Part shown: piece after piece, positions 1 to 49,339 of the stretch
How positions within the stretch are numbered: the first letter of the stretch is position 1
Layout: each line of letters opens with the position of its first letter
Assembly: GCF_006345805.1 (NCBI RefSeq)
Contig: NC_042997.1
Span: 32,736,001-32,800,000, forward strand
Reading direction: 5' to 3'
Source: Octopus sinensis
Lineage: Eukaryota
Length of the DNA: 64,000 nucleotides
Notes under the pieces: model-generated
Seen by the model: the letters and a program-made list of their open reading frames with translations, nothing else
What the model was told of the DNA's origin: nothing
The model's database searches: none
Position numbers and translations under genes: made by a program

Positions 1-225
1 AAATTTTGGTACAAGGCCAGCAGTTTTAGTGGATGGGTTGGTCAATTATATCAACCCCCAGTACTTGTCTGGTACTTTATTTTACTGACTCCCAAAAGGA
101 TGAAAGGCAAAGTGGATTTCAGAAGGATTTGAATTCAGGATGCAAAAATCTAGAAGAAATGATGCTAAGCATTTTGTCCAATGTAGCAGCAATTCTGTTT
201 ACTTGCCACATTAATCAATTTTTAT
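1..225 (-). mobile_element. Decayed SINE family B copy
   Basis: Degenerate match to the family B core (cccaaaaggatgaaaggcaaagt...atttgaattcag). Confidence 0.65.
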
Positions 226-692
226 AATATTCATTGATTGATGATGATCATGATGATAATGATTATCATCATGTTTATTTTCATGCTGGCAGAGGTTGGA
301 AGGGTTGAGATGGTCTGAGACAATTCTTATTCTAAGTTACTGCCCACTTAGATGGGTCAGGAGGCCACCACAAATCACTTGTATGTTCCATGTTTAGCGT
401 AGTTTCTATGGCTGGATGCCTTTCCTAATATTAACCCCTTTACAGAGTTTGCATTTCATCATAACACCAGCACTATAAAGGTTATGATGTTTTTGATATA
501 ACCAAAGGGTCCTCTCATCCTAAAAAGAGAGAAGAGCAGTTTACATACAAGGCTTGTTACACTTACAGAGGCATTTTCATTAAATACAAATTTCATATCT
601 ATAAAGCTATTGCTTTCATTCTCTCTCTCTCTCTCTGTATGACTACCTGTCTGCCTGTCTCTACACATGTGTGTGTGTGTGTATTTACTAAC

Positions 693-37767
<37,075 letters not shown>

Positions 37768-38059
37768 CTTGATTTTCTTTTTTCGTTTTTACTTATAAAT
37801 GTTTATAAATTGTGGGACCTTGGCTTTCGTTTTTTTTTTTTTTTTTTTTTTTTTCTTTTATAACATATCTTTTTTCCTTTAATTAATTACCCATTTGAGT
37901 TGAGTCTGTAAAAAATATTTGAATGCATTTCCTCCTCCTGAAAGAACTCATAACGATAAACTACGAAAAAAAAACATTTTTAAAAAGTGACAAAAATAAA
38001 AAGGAGAGATTTCGAAAATTAATTTCCAACTCCCTTCGTAAATGTTCCTTCTAACCAGT

Positions 38060-38154
38060 GCGTCATTAATTTGTGCTTTGATTCGAAGCTTATTATTCTA
38101 GCAACAGTTGTTATAACAAGCTCTAATGACGCTTAGCGTTGCTAACCAACAAAC
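38060..38154. promoter_or_regulatory. Candidate dynein promoter with RFX X-box-like cluster
   Basis: CTAGCAAC (38098), GTTGTTATAACAAG (38107-38120), GTTGCTAACCAAC (38138-38150), about 330-390 bp upstream of the ATG. Confidence 0.6.
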
Positions 38155-38355
38155 TTTGCAGAAACACAGACTGGCTGACTGACTACTAGCGAACTGTCCG
38201 GAATTTCCCCTCTTTTATACGCATGTCGTACGGGATAGGATTATCAATCAGTGTAGCGCTGTTTCTAATAAACAATCAGAAAAAGAAAACTTTATGTAGA
38301 CAAATGTATTTTATTAATTTATTAATTTTCTTTTTTATCTCTAGTTTTTATCTCT

Positions 38356-38732
38356 AGGCGCAGGAGCGGCTGTGTGGTAAGTAGCTGGCTTACCAACCAC
38401 ATGGTTCCGGGTTCAGTCCTACTGCGTGGCATCTTGGGCAAGTGTCTTCTGCTATAGCCCCGGGCCGACCAAAGCCTTGTGAGTGGATTTGGTGGACGGA
38501 AACTAAAAGAAGCCTGTCGTATATATGTATATATATGTATGTGTTTGTGTGTCTGTGTTTGTACCCCTAGCATTGCTTGACAACCGATGCTGGTGTGTTT
38601 ACGTCCCCGTCACTTAGCGGTTCGGCAAAAGTGACCGATAGAATAAGTACTGGGCTTACAAAGAATAAGTTGCTCGACTAAAGGCGGTGCTCCAGCATGG
38701 CCGCAGTCAAATGACTGAAACATGTAAAAGAG

Positions 38733-38733
<1 letters not shown>
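38356..38733 (+). mobile_element. SINE family A, full length
   Basis: Sense-orientation copy. Confidence 0.9.
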
Positions 38734-38767
<34 letters not shown>

Positions 38768-40389
38768 TGAGAGAGATTCATATATTATATATATACATAT
38801 ATTGTATGCTTACATCAATCTATATATACATATATATTTACACACACACATATATACACACACACACATATATATATGTATATATACATTCACGTTAGAT
38901 TACTTTATAATTGTAATGTATGCTGTTTGAAACGTATTTATATAAAATTTCATTGAAAAAAACCCCATTTCCCTAAATGTTACAAAGGAAAAACTCGGAT
39001 CTTGTGAATTTTCCGAAGTCCTCTCCCCACCCTCTTGGAAAAGATTTTTCCCTACAAATTTCTTTATAATCATAATGTATGCTTTTCGTTTCCTAGTCAA
39101 GTTGTAAAACATTAACCCAAATCCCAAACTGAAGAAAACAAACTTGAGCGAAGAAAGGAAAAAAAAAAAGGAAGAAAGAAGAAAAAAGCACCAATCCAAC
39201 ACTGAGTGCATCGATTGGTCGCACACCACAAGGGTCAACGGAATCTCCTGAAGCAAGCCAACACGCTCGCGACATTGGCGAAGGCGAGGCTAAGGCGTTG
39301 GAAGAGCCACGCAACCCTCATGGGCATCACCCCACTCCTTGGTCAGGCGAGCCACTAACGATAACAAGAAATGTCAGTCGCTTCATCAAATGCTGAAATA
39401 AAAATTGCCGTAAAACAGCTCACGAATGGAAAGTCGTCTGGGAACGATGGCATACTAGCCGTGATATATAAATGTGGTAGCAATCTCCTGCTGAACAAGT
39501 TATGTGGACTCCTCTTTAATCTGGGAATCAGGATCAGTCCCACAGGAGTTCAAAGATGCTTCTATTGTCAATCTTTATAAGCACAAAGTAGATTTAATAA
39601 CATCTCAAATGTCACAGACTGAAAGAAATGGTTCACAGACAAGTCCCAATAATTGAGGATTTTGTTCCGTTCGGCTACGGGAGAAATATCTTTCCCATTT
39701 ATTGCAGCATCCAGGATGTGGGAGAGAACAAAGGGGATATACCTACACAAGTGTGCCCCCTCCCAACTTTGTTTCCTCATAACTTCCAGGAAAATGGCTA
39801 TTTTTTAATAAAGTTTATTGTTGCAAATATGCTTTAAACAATGCAGATTCTGATTATATCAGAATTTGAGAAAGAGAAGATGTTGTCTACCAAAGGGGAG
39901 CAAGCATCGTTGAAGGAAAAGAAACAAGAAAGAGACAGAGACGAGTATTTACACAAACCTAGAACTCCCCCCACCCACCAAAAAAAAATGGGTTTGGGCA
40001 AAGCAGCCTGGTCGCGGGACTCTGGATTCGGTCTGACAATTGATCAAACATTCGAGTTCCCTGAAAATCCTACGGAGATCAGTTTTGCCTTTTACCCTTC
40101 CACTTGGTATTTTAATACGCGTTTATTTTTTTATAAGCGGTATTTGAAATTTTGTTTTAAATTAATTGACTCTGTGTGTGTCTATATCTATGTTTGTTCC
40201 CCATTACCGCTTGACAACCAGTGTTGGTCCCCGTGAATTAGCGGTTCGGCAAAAGAAACCAATAGAATAAGTACCATTTTCAAAAGAAAAAATAAGTACT
40301 GGGGTCAATTCATTCGACTAAAAAAATTCTTCAAAGCAGTACCCCAATATGGTTGCAGTATAGTGACTGAAAAAAAAATCTATATATAT

Positions 40390-40614
40390 ATATTTCTTTA
40401 CTACCCACAAGGGGCTAAACACAGAGGGGACAAACAAGGACAGACGAAGGGATTAAGTCGATTACATCGACTCCAGTGCATAACTGGTACTTAATTTATC
40501 GACCCCGAAAGGATGAAAGGCAAAGTCGACCTCGGCGGAATTTGAACTCAGAACGTAATGACGGACGAAATACGGCTACGCATTTCGCCCGGCGTGCTAA
40601 CGTTTCTGCCAGCT
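40390..40614 (-). mobile_element. SINE family B monomer
   Basis: Matches the family B unit plus head. Confidence 0.88.
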
Positions 40615-40619
40615 CAAAC

Positions 40620-41223
40620 CTGAAGTTGTCTGTGTATGGCAGGTTTGGCAGCCTTCAACTAACACTTTCTCCTTCGAGACTCTGCAGCTCAAGTTGACCA
40701 AAATTGAGAGTATGCTAGAAGAAGGCTTGCTATTCCTTCCGTAGAAGAAAAAATTCAAATCGGACCTTGTTAACACCAAAAGTTATTTACATCAAACAGA
40801 TGCTTTTTTTTTCTATGAAAATCCCTATTTTTTAATGACTTTTTTTACTGCTGTGTCGCCATTTTTTGGTGTATTTCAACCAGAAAAATGTTCACTTAAA
40901 GAGAATAACAAGCTACATAATGTAAAATTTTTACTTTTCAAAAATTCCAATTCTAAAGGGTCGAAAGAAACTCGAGCAAGGCCGGGCGATACTACTAGTA
41001 TACCATATGCCTGAATAAAAGATGGGATGGTCACAACTAGAATTGGAGTGTCTTTGATTAAAGGTCTTTATGAACAAAAAGAAGCTAAGCAACAACTATC
41101 TACGGCCCTTGTAAATTGTATAGAAACAATCAAATATATATATAATGCAAAATTTTTACTTTTCAAAAATTCCAATTCTAAAGGGTCGAAAGAAACCCGA
41201 ACAACGCCGGGCGATACTGCTAG
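40620..41223 (+). mobile_element. Composite Helitron-like element with two 3' termini
   Basis: Body ends at CTAG (40995-40998), followed by ~140 bp shared with 14905-15045, then a second terminus ending in CTAG (41220-41223). Confidence 0.75.
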
Positions 41224-41392
41224 TAAATAATAAAAGATGTTTAATATAAGATGAAGACAATCACATTTGCGGGAAAATATAACAGTTATTAAATGATCAT
41301 GAAGATATGATATAAATAAATCATTTCTAATCCCACATTGTCACCTAATTTTCTTCTTGGCGAACATCCATCGCCCTTCTATAGTCAGTCTG

Positions 41393-41716
41393 TTTCCGAT
41401 TCCCAGACCGGGCGTTGTGGGTGTTTATTGAGCGAAAACACCTAAAGCTCCACGACGCTCCGGCAGGGGATGGTGGTGATCCCCGCTGTACTCTTTCACC
41501 ACAACTTTCTCTCACTCTTGCTTCCTGTTTCTCTTGTACCTGTATTTCAAAGGGCCGGCCTTGTCACTCTCTGTGTCACGCTGAATATCCCCGAGAACTG
41601 CGTTAAGGGTACACGTGTCTGTGGAGTGCTCAGCCACATACACGTTAATTTCATGAGCAGGCTGTTCCGTTGATCGGATCAACCGGAACCCTCGTCGTCG
41701 TAACCGACGGAGTGCT
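41393..41716 (+). mobile_element. SINE family C, 5'-truncated
   Basis: Matches 52053-52431. Confidence 0.88.
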
Positions 41717-41964
41717 AGAGAGAGAGATAGCCAGTCTGTATATTCTGTCGTTTGGATCAACAAAACTGAATGAATGTTTGATAACTTCGTGAGTATATAG
41801 GTTGTGAGACCCACGTGAGAAAGACAACCTGATATATTAAACGTGTTCAATGAAATTTTGGTATATCACTTCCGGTTTCTAACGTGCTTTTACTCTTTCA
41901 AAAATAATTTACTTTCGCTTATTTTACGATGGTAAACAGAACTGTAGATTCAATAAACTCGCCC

Positions 41965-42096
41965 CACTAGCGTAGTGGTGGCATTTTTAAAGGGCAGCGC
42001 TTTTGGGGCTGCTGTAGGCAATGTGTTTTTTGTGGGGTCCAGGGGCGGAAAACGGAAGGTCCACCCCGGGCGGCACACACTCAAGCTCCGCTAGTG
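41965..42096. mobile_element. Short GC-rich MITE-like element
   Basis: Terminal inverted repeat CACTAGCG/CGCTAGTG. No clear TSD. Confidence 0.4.
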
Positions 42097-42197
42097 ACTT
42101 GTCCCCCACACATTAGTGAGTAGATGGGTGGTGAGTTTTCAAATGTTCTGAATATGGCCCCAATTGTTGATGAATCATCAACCTACCACAAAGGCAT

Positions 42198-42626
42198 GGG
42201 ATCTTTTCGGTTTCAACGGCAGTTTTTTTTTCTAGCGGTGTCATATAAAATTGTCACCCATAATTATGACCCTAGTATCGATCTATTGCATTTCAATCTG
42301 TTTTAGGGTTAGGGTTAGGGTTAGGGATGGGGGGAAGGGTATCTTTTTTTCTTCACAAATGTAAATAAACCCAATCTGTTTCTTAAACGAGGGACATATT
42401 CATACGACACAGAATGTTTTCACCTCAATAGACGTCATTGATTGGTTGAAATTGCAGAAACTGAAGTGAAAAAAACAACAAACATCTTACAAAGTATAGA
42501 ATTTTCTCAATAAAGCCAAGAGAAAAAGATGTTTTATAAACACATTCTACCAGTATACGAAGTTTAAAAGTGTTTAGTTACGTGGAAATTATTTTTAAAA
42601 ACTGCCGGTCAAACCGAAAATATCCC
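42198..42626. mobile_element. Complete MITE (~30-bp TIRs, 8-bp TSD AAAGGCAT) containing (TTAGGG)4
   Basis: TIRs GGGATCTTTTCGGTTTCAACGGCAGTTTT and AAAACTGCCGGTCAAACCGAAAATATCCC. TSD at 42190-42197 and 42627-42634. Confidence 0.85.
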
Positions 42627-43429
42627 AAAGGCATGTCCTTGAAGAAATGCTGAAATAAAAATTGCCATAAAACAGCTTACGAATGGAAAGTCGTCTGGGA
42701 ACGATGGCATACTAGCCGTGATATATAAGTGTGGTAGCAATCTCCTGCTGAACAAGTTATGTGGACTGCTTCTTAATCTGGGAATCAGGATCAGTCCCAC
42801 AGGAGTTCAAAGATGTTTCTATTGTCAATCTTTATAAGCACAAAGGTAACAGATGTGAATGTGACAACCATAGAGGTATCTCTCTTTTTTTGTGTTGCTG
42901 GGAAGATCCTTAGAAGGGTTATCTTAAATAGACTAAATGATGCCTTTGCCAGATTAGTGTTTTCTGAATTTCAATGTGGATTTCGGGCAGATAGAGTCAT
43001 AGTGGATATGATTTTTTAGCCGAAGGCGACTGCAGGAAAAGGCTTGTGAGCACAACTGAAACCTTTTGGTCACGTTTGTAGCTCTAACTAAATCTTTCGA
43101 TACCGGATCTAGGGATGCTCTTTGGGTTGTCCGAGAAAAAATGCTCAATGTCATCATCGAATGAGAAAGACTAGATCCCCATGACTCACTGCATTTATTC
43201 AACACAGTGAAGCCTTCCCAACATGCAAACGGATTCTTCCACAGTTTTGAATTCTTCCATAAATCTAAGTGCAAACTTACCCCACCACCACCACCACCAC
43301 CACCACATAGCACCTAACAATATACCGCCATGGTCATAGTCACATACTATTGTATATATTCTCTATCATTCTTAGAACCTTAGTTAACAACACAAGTCCC
43401 ACAATAACTACTTTCCCATTGTCCCTTCC

Positions 43430-46400
43430 AAGTACACAATTTTAGGGCCGCAATCATCAACGCTGGCACAATGAAGGGGAGATCTGGTAAGATTATCAAA
43501 ATGATAGAACGTTGCCAAATTGATGTGTGTGGTGTGCAAGAGGTGAGATGGAAGGGGGCCTGTGTTAGATTCCTTTCGAGCATGAAACAGAAGTCCAAAT
43601 TCTTCTGGGTAGGCAGGAGTAATGGGAGTGGGTATACTCTTAGCAGAAAAGTAGGTAGATACGGAATTGAGGTTGTCAGAGTATGCGATAGGGTTATTAA
43701 GTCGAGACTTATCATAGATAAACAGTTACAATTATCTCTGCCCATGTTCCACTGGCTGGGCTGCCTGCTGACCAGAAGGACCAATTCTATTAGGTCCGTC
43801 TGCACACTACCTCAACGGCAAATGATAAACTTAGTTATTGTGGCTGGTGACTTTAACGGACATGTTGGGCAACATTTCCGTGGATTTCATGGTGTGCGTG
43901 GTGGTTATGACTTTGGCCCCAGGAATGAGAAGGGAACAAGATTAGTGGAGTTCTGTGACGCAAATGATCACATGACCTGCAACACTAATTTCAGAAAACC
44001 AGCCAGCCACTTTTTAGTCTAGTGGCAACATAAGCCAGTTCGATTGACTCCTCACCAGGCAACGAGATGTTGATGCTCACAAACGTGAAGTCTTTCCTAG
44101 ATGAAGAGTGTACACCCCAACATAGACTACTAGTTAGGGACTTTAGGATATAGGCTGGAAAGACTCGGAGAAATAAACCATACTGGAAAAGATTATGTAA
44201 GCTCAAAGACCCAGCAAACCAACAAAAATTTAGAGATATTCTAATGATGATAGCGAGGAGGAGGGGACATTGGGAATTTCCTGCAGGACAATTTACTGGT
44301 GGCCGCTGACCAAATCTGTGGTCGGTGCAAAGTTAGCCTAGGGTAACATGGTGGTGGAACAAGGAAGTGGACAGCACTATAAAGGCAAAGAAACAGGCCC
44401 AGGAAGACTATAAAAACGGTAGTAGCAGAGCATTATATCAGGGAAGGGAGGTTAGGCGACAGGTTTACTTAGCAAAAGGAACAGTAGAAGGTAAGAGGTT
44501 TGCCAGTGTTCTACAGCGTGAGATGTTCGGGATTGCAAAGCAGTGAATCAGAGAGAATTGAGATGTGGTGGGTGAGAAATGTGTGTGAATGTAAAATGTT
44601 ATGCTTGTACTTAGTGACTCAGAGAAGAAAGATGCGTGGAGATGCCATTATGAAAGGTTTTTAAATGTGGAGAATGAATGGGAGAAGGTGAGTTTTTCAA
44701 ATATCGAACCAATTGAGGGACCAGTCATCAGAGTTGATAGTAATATAATAGATAAGACGATTAAAGATATGAAGGCAGAGAAAAATCCCCTGGACCATCG
44801 GGTATCACTGCCGAGATGATTAAAATATTCGGCGGTGTGGGATACAGCCTAGTCACTCACATAGTTAATCAGGTTATTCAGGAAGGTGTCATCCCCAAAG
44901 ACTGCCGTAGTAGTATTATAGTTAGCTGCTACAAGGGTAAAGGTGATGCCTTAGATAGAAACAACATCAAACTGCTCGATCAAGTCATGAAAATTACAAA
45001 GAGAGTTATAGCTTAATTGATTAAGAATAGAATTAAACTAGATGATATGCGGTTTGGTTTTGTTCCTGAGAGAAGTACCACAGATGCCATCTTCCTAGTG
45101 AGGCAGTTGCAAGAAATGTATTTGACCAAAAGTAAGCCATTGTACTTAACTTTCGTCGACCTGGAGAAAGCTTTAGACAGGGTTCCCGGCTCTGTTATCT
45201 GGTAGTTTCTAAGGAAGCTAGGGAGTAGAGGAATGGCTTGTTAAGAGCCGTACAAGCCATGCACAGCGGTGCTGTCAGTGGGGTGAGAGTCGGCCTTGAA
45301 TACAGCGATGAATTTAGCGTACAAGTTGGGGTTCACCAGGAATCAGTTCTTAGTCCACTCTTATTCATCGTAGTCTTCCAGGACATAACAGGAATTCAAA
45401 ACTGGATGCCCACGAGAATTGCTATATGCTGATGACCTCGTTCTTATTGCAGAATCTGAAACAGAATTGGAGAAGTTCCAGGTATGGAAGCAAAACCTGG
45501 AATCAAAGGGCGTTAAAGTTAACGTAGCAAAAACTAAAGTTGTTGTTAGCAAGAAAGCAAGTAAGACTCTCTTTCTGTGTGTAATGGTCCTACTCAATAT
45601 GTAGGAAAGGGTTGGGAAGTAATTCTATTCGCTGCACTCAGTGTAAGCTATGGACGCCTAAGAGGTGCAGTGGAATCACAGGTAGATTAACAGATAATGT
45701 CGCTTTCGTGTGTGGCAGATGTGTAGGAACAATAAGCACTAAGAACAAATGAGACTTAGACTCTCTCAAATGCCCAGGAGGCTCTCTTGACATAGTAGAT
45801 AGTTTCTGCCACTTAGGTGACCAAATTAGTAGCGGTGAATGCTCTAAAAGTTTTGTTTCTAGAATAAGAATAGGATGGAGGAAGTTCATAGAGCCACCAC
45901 CCCTGTTGGCAACAAAAGCACCCTTTCTCAGAATGAAAGGTAGATTGTATGATGCTTGTATACGAACGGTTATGCTCCATGGTAGTGAGACATGGACTCT
46001 GAATGTGGAGGACATGCGCCGAGTGAATGTGCAACATCAGTGTGCATGAACCACAAAGCGCAACTGTGTTGAGAGAAAAGTTGGGCATAAGAGGAATTAA
46101 ATGTAATATGCAGAAGAGGAGGATGCGTTGATTTGGACATGTGATGCGTATGAGTAAAGGCAGCTGTATACAGAAGTGCCTGTCTCTGAAAGTGGACGGT
46201 ACCTGTGGAAGAGGGAGACCCTTGAAGACATATGATGAAGTGGTGAGGACCGATCTTAGGATGTTAGGGCTCACGGAGGAAATGACAATGAACCGAGATA
46301 TCTGGTAATATGAGGTTCTAGGGAAGACCCTCTCACGTCAGCGAAACTGGGTGCTAGAAGTATTGTGTCCCACCCACATGTAACAAACTTTTCACACACC

Positions 46401-47470
46401 TTACCCCAAGAAACCGAACTGTATCTTTCTTTTCCTCACATTTCTTCATACACTATGATTGTCTCCCTTCCCTGTCCTACTCACTGTATCGCTCATTCCC
46501 CCAGCCCATCTTTGTACCCAGGTTTTCACCAGTCACTGCAATCTCCACTCCCTACTCGCGTCTTCTTGGCAATACTTGGCCGCATATATTATGACCACCA
46601 TACCTTGAGGGCATGTCTTGGCAATTGCCACCATTTCTCTCTCTTCTTTACTTTGCCATCCCATCTATGCTCTGATCCTTATTATTTGTGAGTATATCCT
46701 GGCACCATCTCTCCAGTTCTCTCTTGCACTTTTGCTGTTTTCCTCCCCCATCTCTCTCTTCCTTCTGGCCGAGTAGCCATGTATCCCCTCTACAACGGCA
46801 CACCTGTTTCTGCCCTCATTCTTGGTAACTCTGTCTCCTCTTGCTTTTACCTCTGGCTAGGTAACCAAGTATCTCTTTTACATCAGCAAACCTATTTCTG
46901 TCCTCTTTCTTGTACCTTTCTTTCTCCCTCTTTCTTCCTCTTACTCTCTCACTCTCTGGCCGGGTAACCATGTATCTCCTCTATAGCAAGACACCTGTTT
47001 CTTTGTCACACTCTAACCTTTCATCATATGATACACGATCACCTCTTCCTATCCCCTCTCCTCTATAGCAAAATACCTGTTTCTGCCTCTCTGTCACACT
47101 CTAACCTTTCTTCATTTGGCACAAAATCCCCTCCTCCAATGCCAACACCCCTCTTAAAATTCCTTGTCTTGCAAGTTAATTAGTGACTCTGCAGGTGCTG
47201 GTACCACGTAAAAAGCATCCAGTCCACCCTGTAAAGTGGTTGGCTTTTGGAAGGGCGTTCGGCTGTAAAAAAAAACCATGCCAGGACTGACCTCGCCTGT
47301 GCTGGTGCCACGTTAAAAGCACTGTTCATTCGGTGGAGTGGTTTTAGTGCTAGGAAGGGCATCCAGCCGTAAACAAAGCATGCCAAAACAGACACAGTAG
47401 CCTAGGGTAGTCTTCTACCTGGCCGGTTCCTGTCAAATCGTCCAACCTATACCTGCATAGAAGACGGACA
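43430..47470 (+). mobile_element. Decayed near-full-length RTE(BovB-like) LINE: APE endonuclease, RT, 3'UTR
   Basis: Remnants CQIDVCGVQEVRWKG, IVAGDFNGHVG, YKGKGDALDRNN, FVDLEKALDRVP, VGVHQESVLSPLLF and LYADDLVLIAES, with many stops and frameshifts. 3'UTR units near 47190-47470. Confidence 0.9.
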
Positions 47471-48241
47471 CACCAACCTACCCGTCGGAGTGTTTTTCAC
47501 ACACATTTATTTTTGCAGTACCATGGATATAATGTGGTTGTTATTTATTTTCAAAAAATAACAATACAAAGTCAAGAACCCAAGTAAAACCAAGTGGAAG
47601 TTACATATTGAGATAGCATAAAGTGTGTATGTTTATATATGAGCTGGAGTAACAGGACCTGTCCAGTAGTACTATGACAACAATCAAAATAGGTGACTTG
47701 TTACTATTGAGGATGAATAAATTATCGCTGTAAAATGTAGCTCAATCAGTTAGCGTAGTTTTGTTGTTTTTTTCGCTTGTTTTACTGGCTGTATTCAGCT
47801 TGTTCCGTTGGTAAGGATTGGCTCCACAAAGATGATTTGCTTTAGATACGTTACCAAAAGTTTCAGTAGGTTAGGATTCATTGTATCTGAGACCCATCGT
47901 ATTTCCCCTCACCTTAAAATATAATTCTATTCCACGTCACATTAACATACTTTTCATCCTTAATCAATTGACAATTTTCGACATGTACATAATTCCATAT
48001 ATGATGAGTGGGAACTATTAAATCTCGTAATTATTAGCTGAAAAAAAAAGAGAAAAAAAAGAATGAAAGCGGAGTCATCTCAGTGTAATTTGAACGTAAA
48101 ACGTAATATATTCGGAAGTATAAATATCTGTTTATTCATCATACTTGTTTTAATATACATTTGGTGGATCGATTACAAAAAAATAAAGAAATCCAGTTTC
48201 CTTCTCCAATGTCATTTTTTACTTACCACATTTTGGAAGTA

Positions 48242-49180
48242 TCATGGAATTCGATATGAAATTCCTTTTACTTGAATTGTTTCAGACTCAGCATCAATTT
48301 TTCCTTGAGTCATCTCTTTAAGTCTTTTATTAAAGGATTGAGGGAGAGCGCATGATGGTAATTTCCTAGAGTATGTGGTAAATTTGAAGTTCTGGTATTT
48401 CATTTGAGGTACTATATAATCACCAATGGTTGCATCTATTTTTTTCAGTCTCTCATTGATATTCCGATATAGTCTATTTTTTGATCCTGACGATTTTCGA
48501 ATATTTTTAAACGTTGTCACATTTACCCTTGGTTTCACATGAACGTTGACAACATGCATACTCGTGTGGCTTCTGTTTATATGCAATTTCTTTGCGTTAG
48601 AGGAGTTTGAAGGAGGGAGTACACTCTCATTTTTCAAATGTAACTTCTTAAAATCGGACAATATGCCTCCAAATTTACGTTTAAATATCAACAGGTTTGG
48701 CGATGATTGATTTGGATTAGTATTTTCTGCTATTTTTAAAAACCGCTGATGTAGACTAGGTTTATTAACCGGAATTAGAAGCCGAGGTCTTCTATTTTGG
48801 TTCATCTTTATTTTTATATCCTTTTGATTTTGGTAAATTCCATTCAATGGTATATAATCGTTCGTCTGCGGATTTAGCATACATTTTAGATTATAATATA
48901 TATCAGTTTTGATTTTCTTTTTCTTTAATTTGTTCCCTAACCCACAGGATAAAAAACCAATCGCCGGTTTTAATGTAGAAGCGTTTTCTGGCTCTGTTGT
49001 CGGAAAACGGCTTTTCCATTCCGTTGGAGGTTCGCTTGAAGAATAGTTAACGAAAGAATTTGCTGCTTCAAAAAAAATTGCTGTTTCTTCAAAGCTAATG
49101 TCAAAAAGTGTCTGAATATGTCTAGTAGATTTCAAACATGCTGCTTTGTCAAAAGAAATGGTTTTTCTCCAGCATAACAT
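48242..49180 (-). CDS. Intronless 312-aa basic (K/N/I-rich) protein of unknown function
   Basis: First ATG after an in-frame upstream TAA (49229-49231), then 939 nt uninterrupted in AT-rich DNA. AATAAA at 48131-48136 (minus) about 105 nt after the stop. No transposon motif recognised. Confidence 0.6.
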   Translation of the reverse strand: MLCWRKTISFDKAACLKSTRHIQTLFDISFEETAIFFEAANSFVNYSSSEPPTEWKSRFPTTEPENASTLKPAIGFLSCGLGNKLKKKKIKTDIYYNLKCMLNPQTNDYIPLNGIYQNQKDIKIKMNQNRRPRLLIPVNKPSLHQRFLKIAENTNPNQSSPNLLIFKRKFGGILSDFKKLHLKNESVLPPSNSSNAKKLHINRSHTSMHVVNVHVKPRVNVTTFKNIRKSSGSKNRLYRNINERLKKIDATIGDYIVPQMKYQNFKFTTYSRKLPSCALPQSFNKRLKEMTQGKIDAESETIQVKGISYRIP

Positions 49181-49339
49181 AGTCGTTATCCCGCGAAAAA
49201 CTAATTGTTTTTTCTTATTCCACTGATTTTAGCTTATTGCAACACAACACAACCGTTAGCGTTTAGAAATAGACAAGTATAAACGCGTTCTAAGCTTAAA
49301 ATATCCAAATATTTAAACATGAACGAGTCTCTCTCCAGG

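Noticed and set aside
567-598. 32-nt AG...GTAAGT pseudo-exon on the dynein strand
   Set aside because: In the required phase it reads ATA-TGA (stop), the acceptor is weak, and there is no dynein similarity. It is probably chance, though a poison exon cannot be excluded without RNA data.
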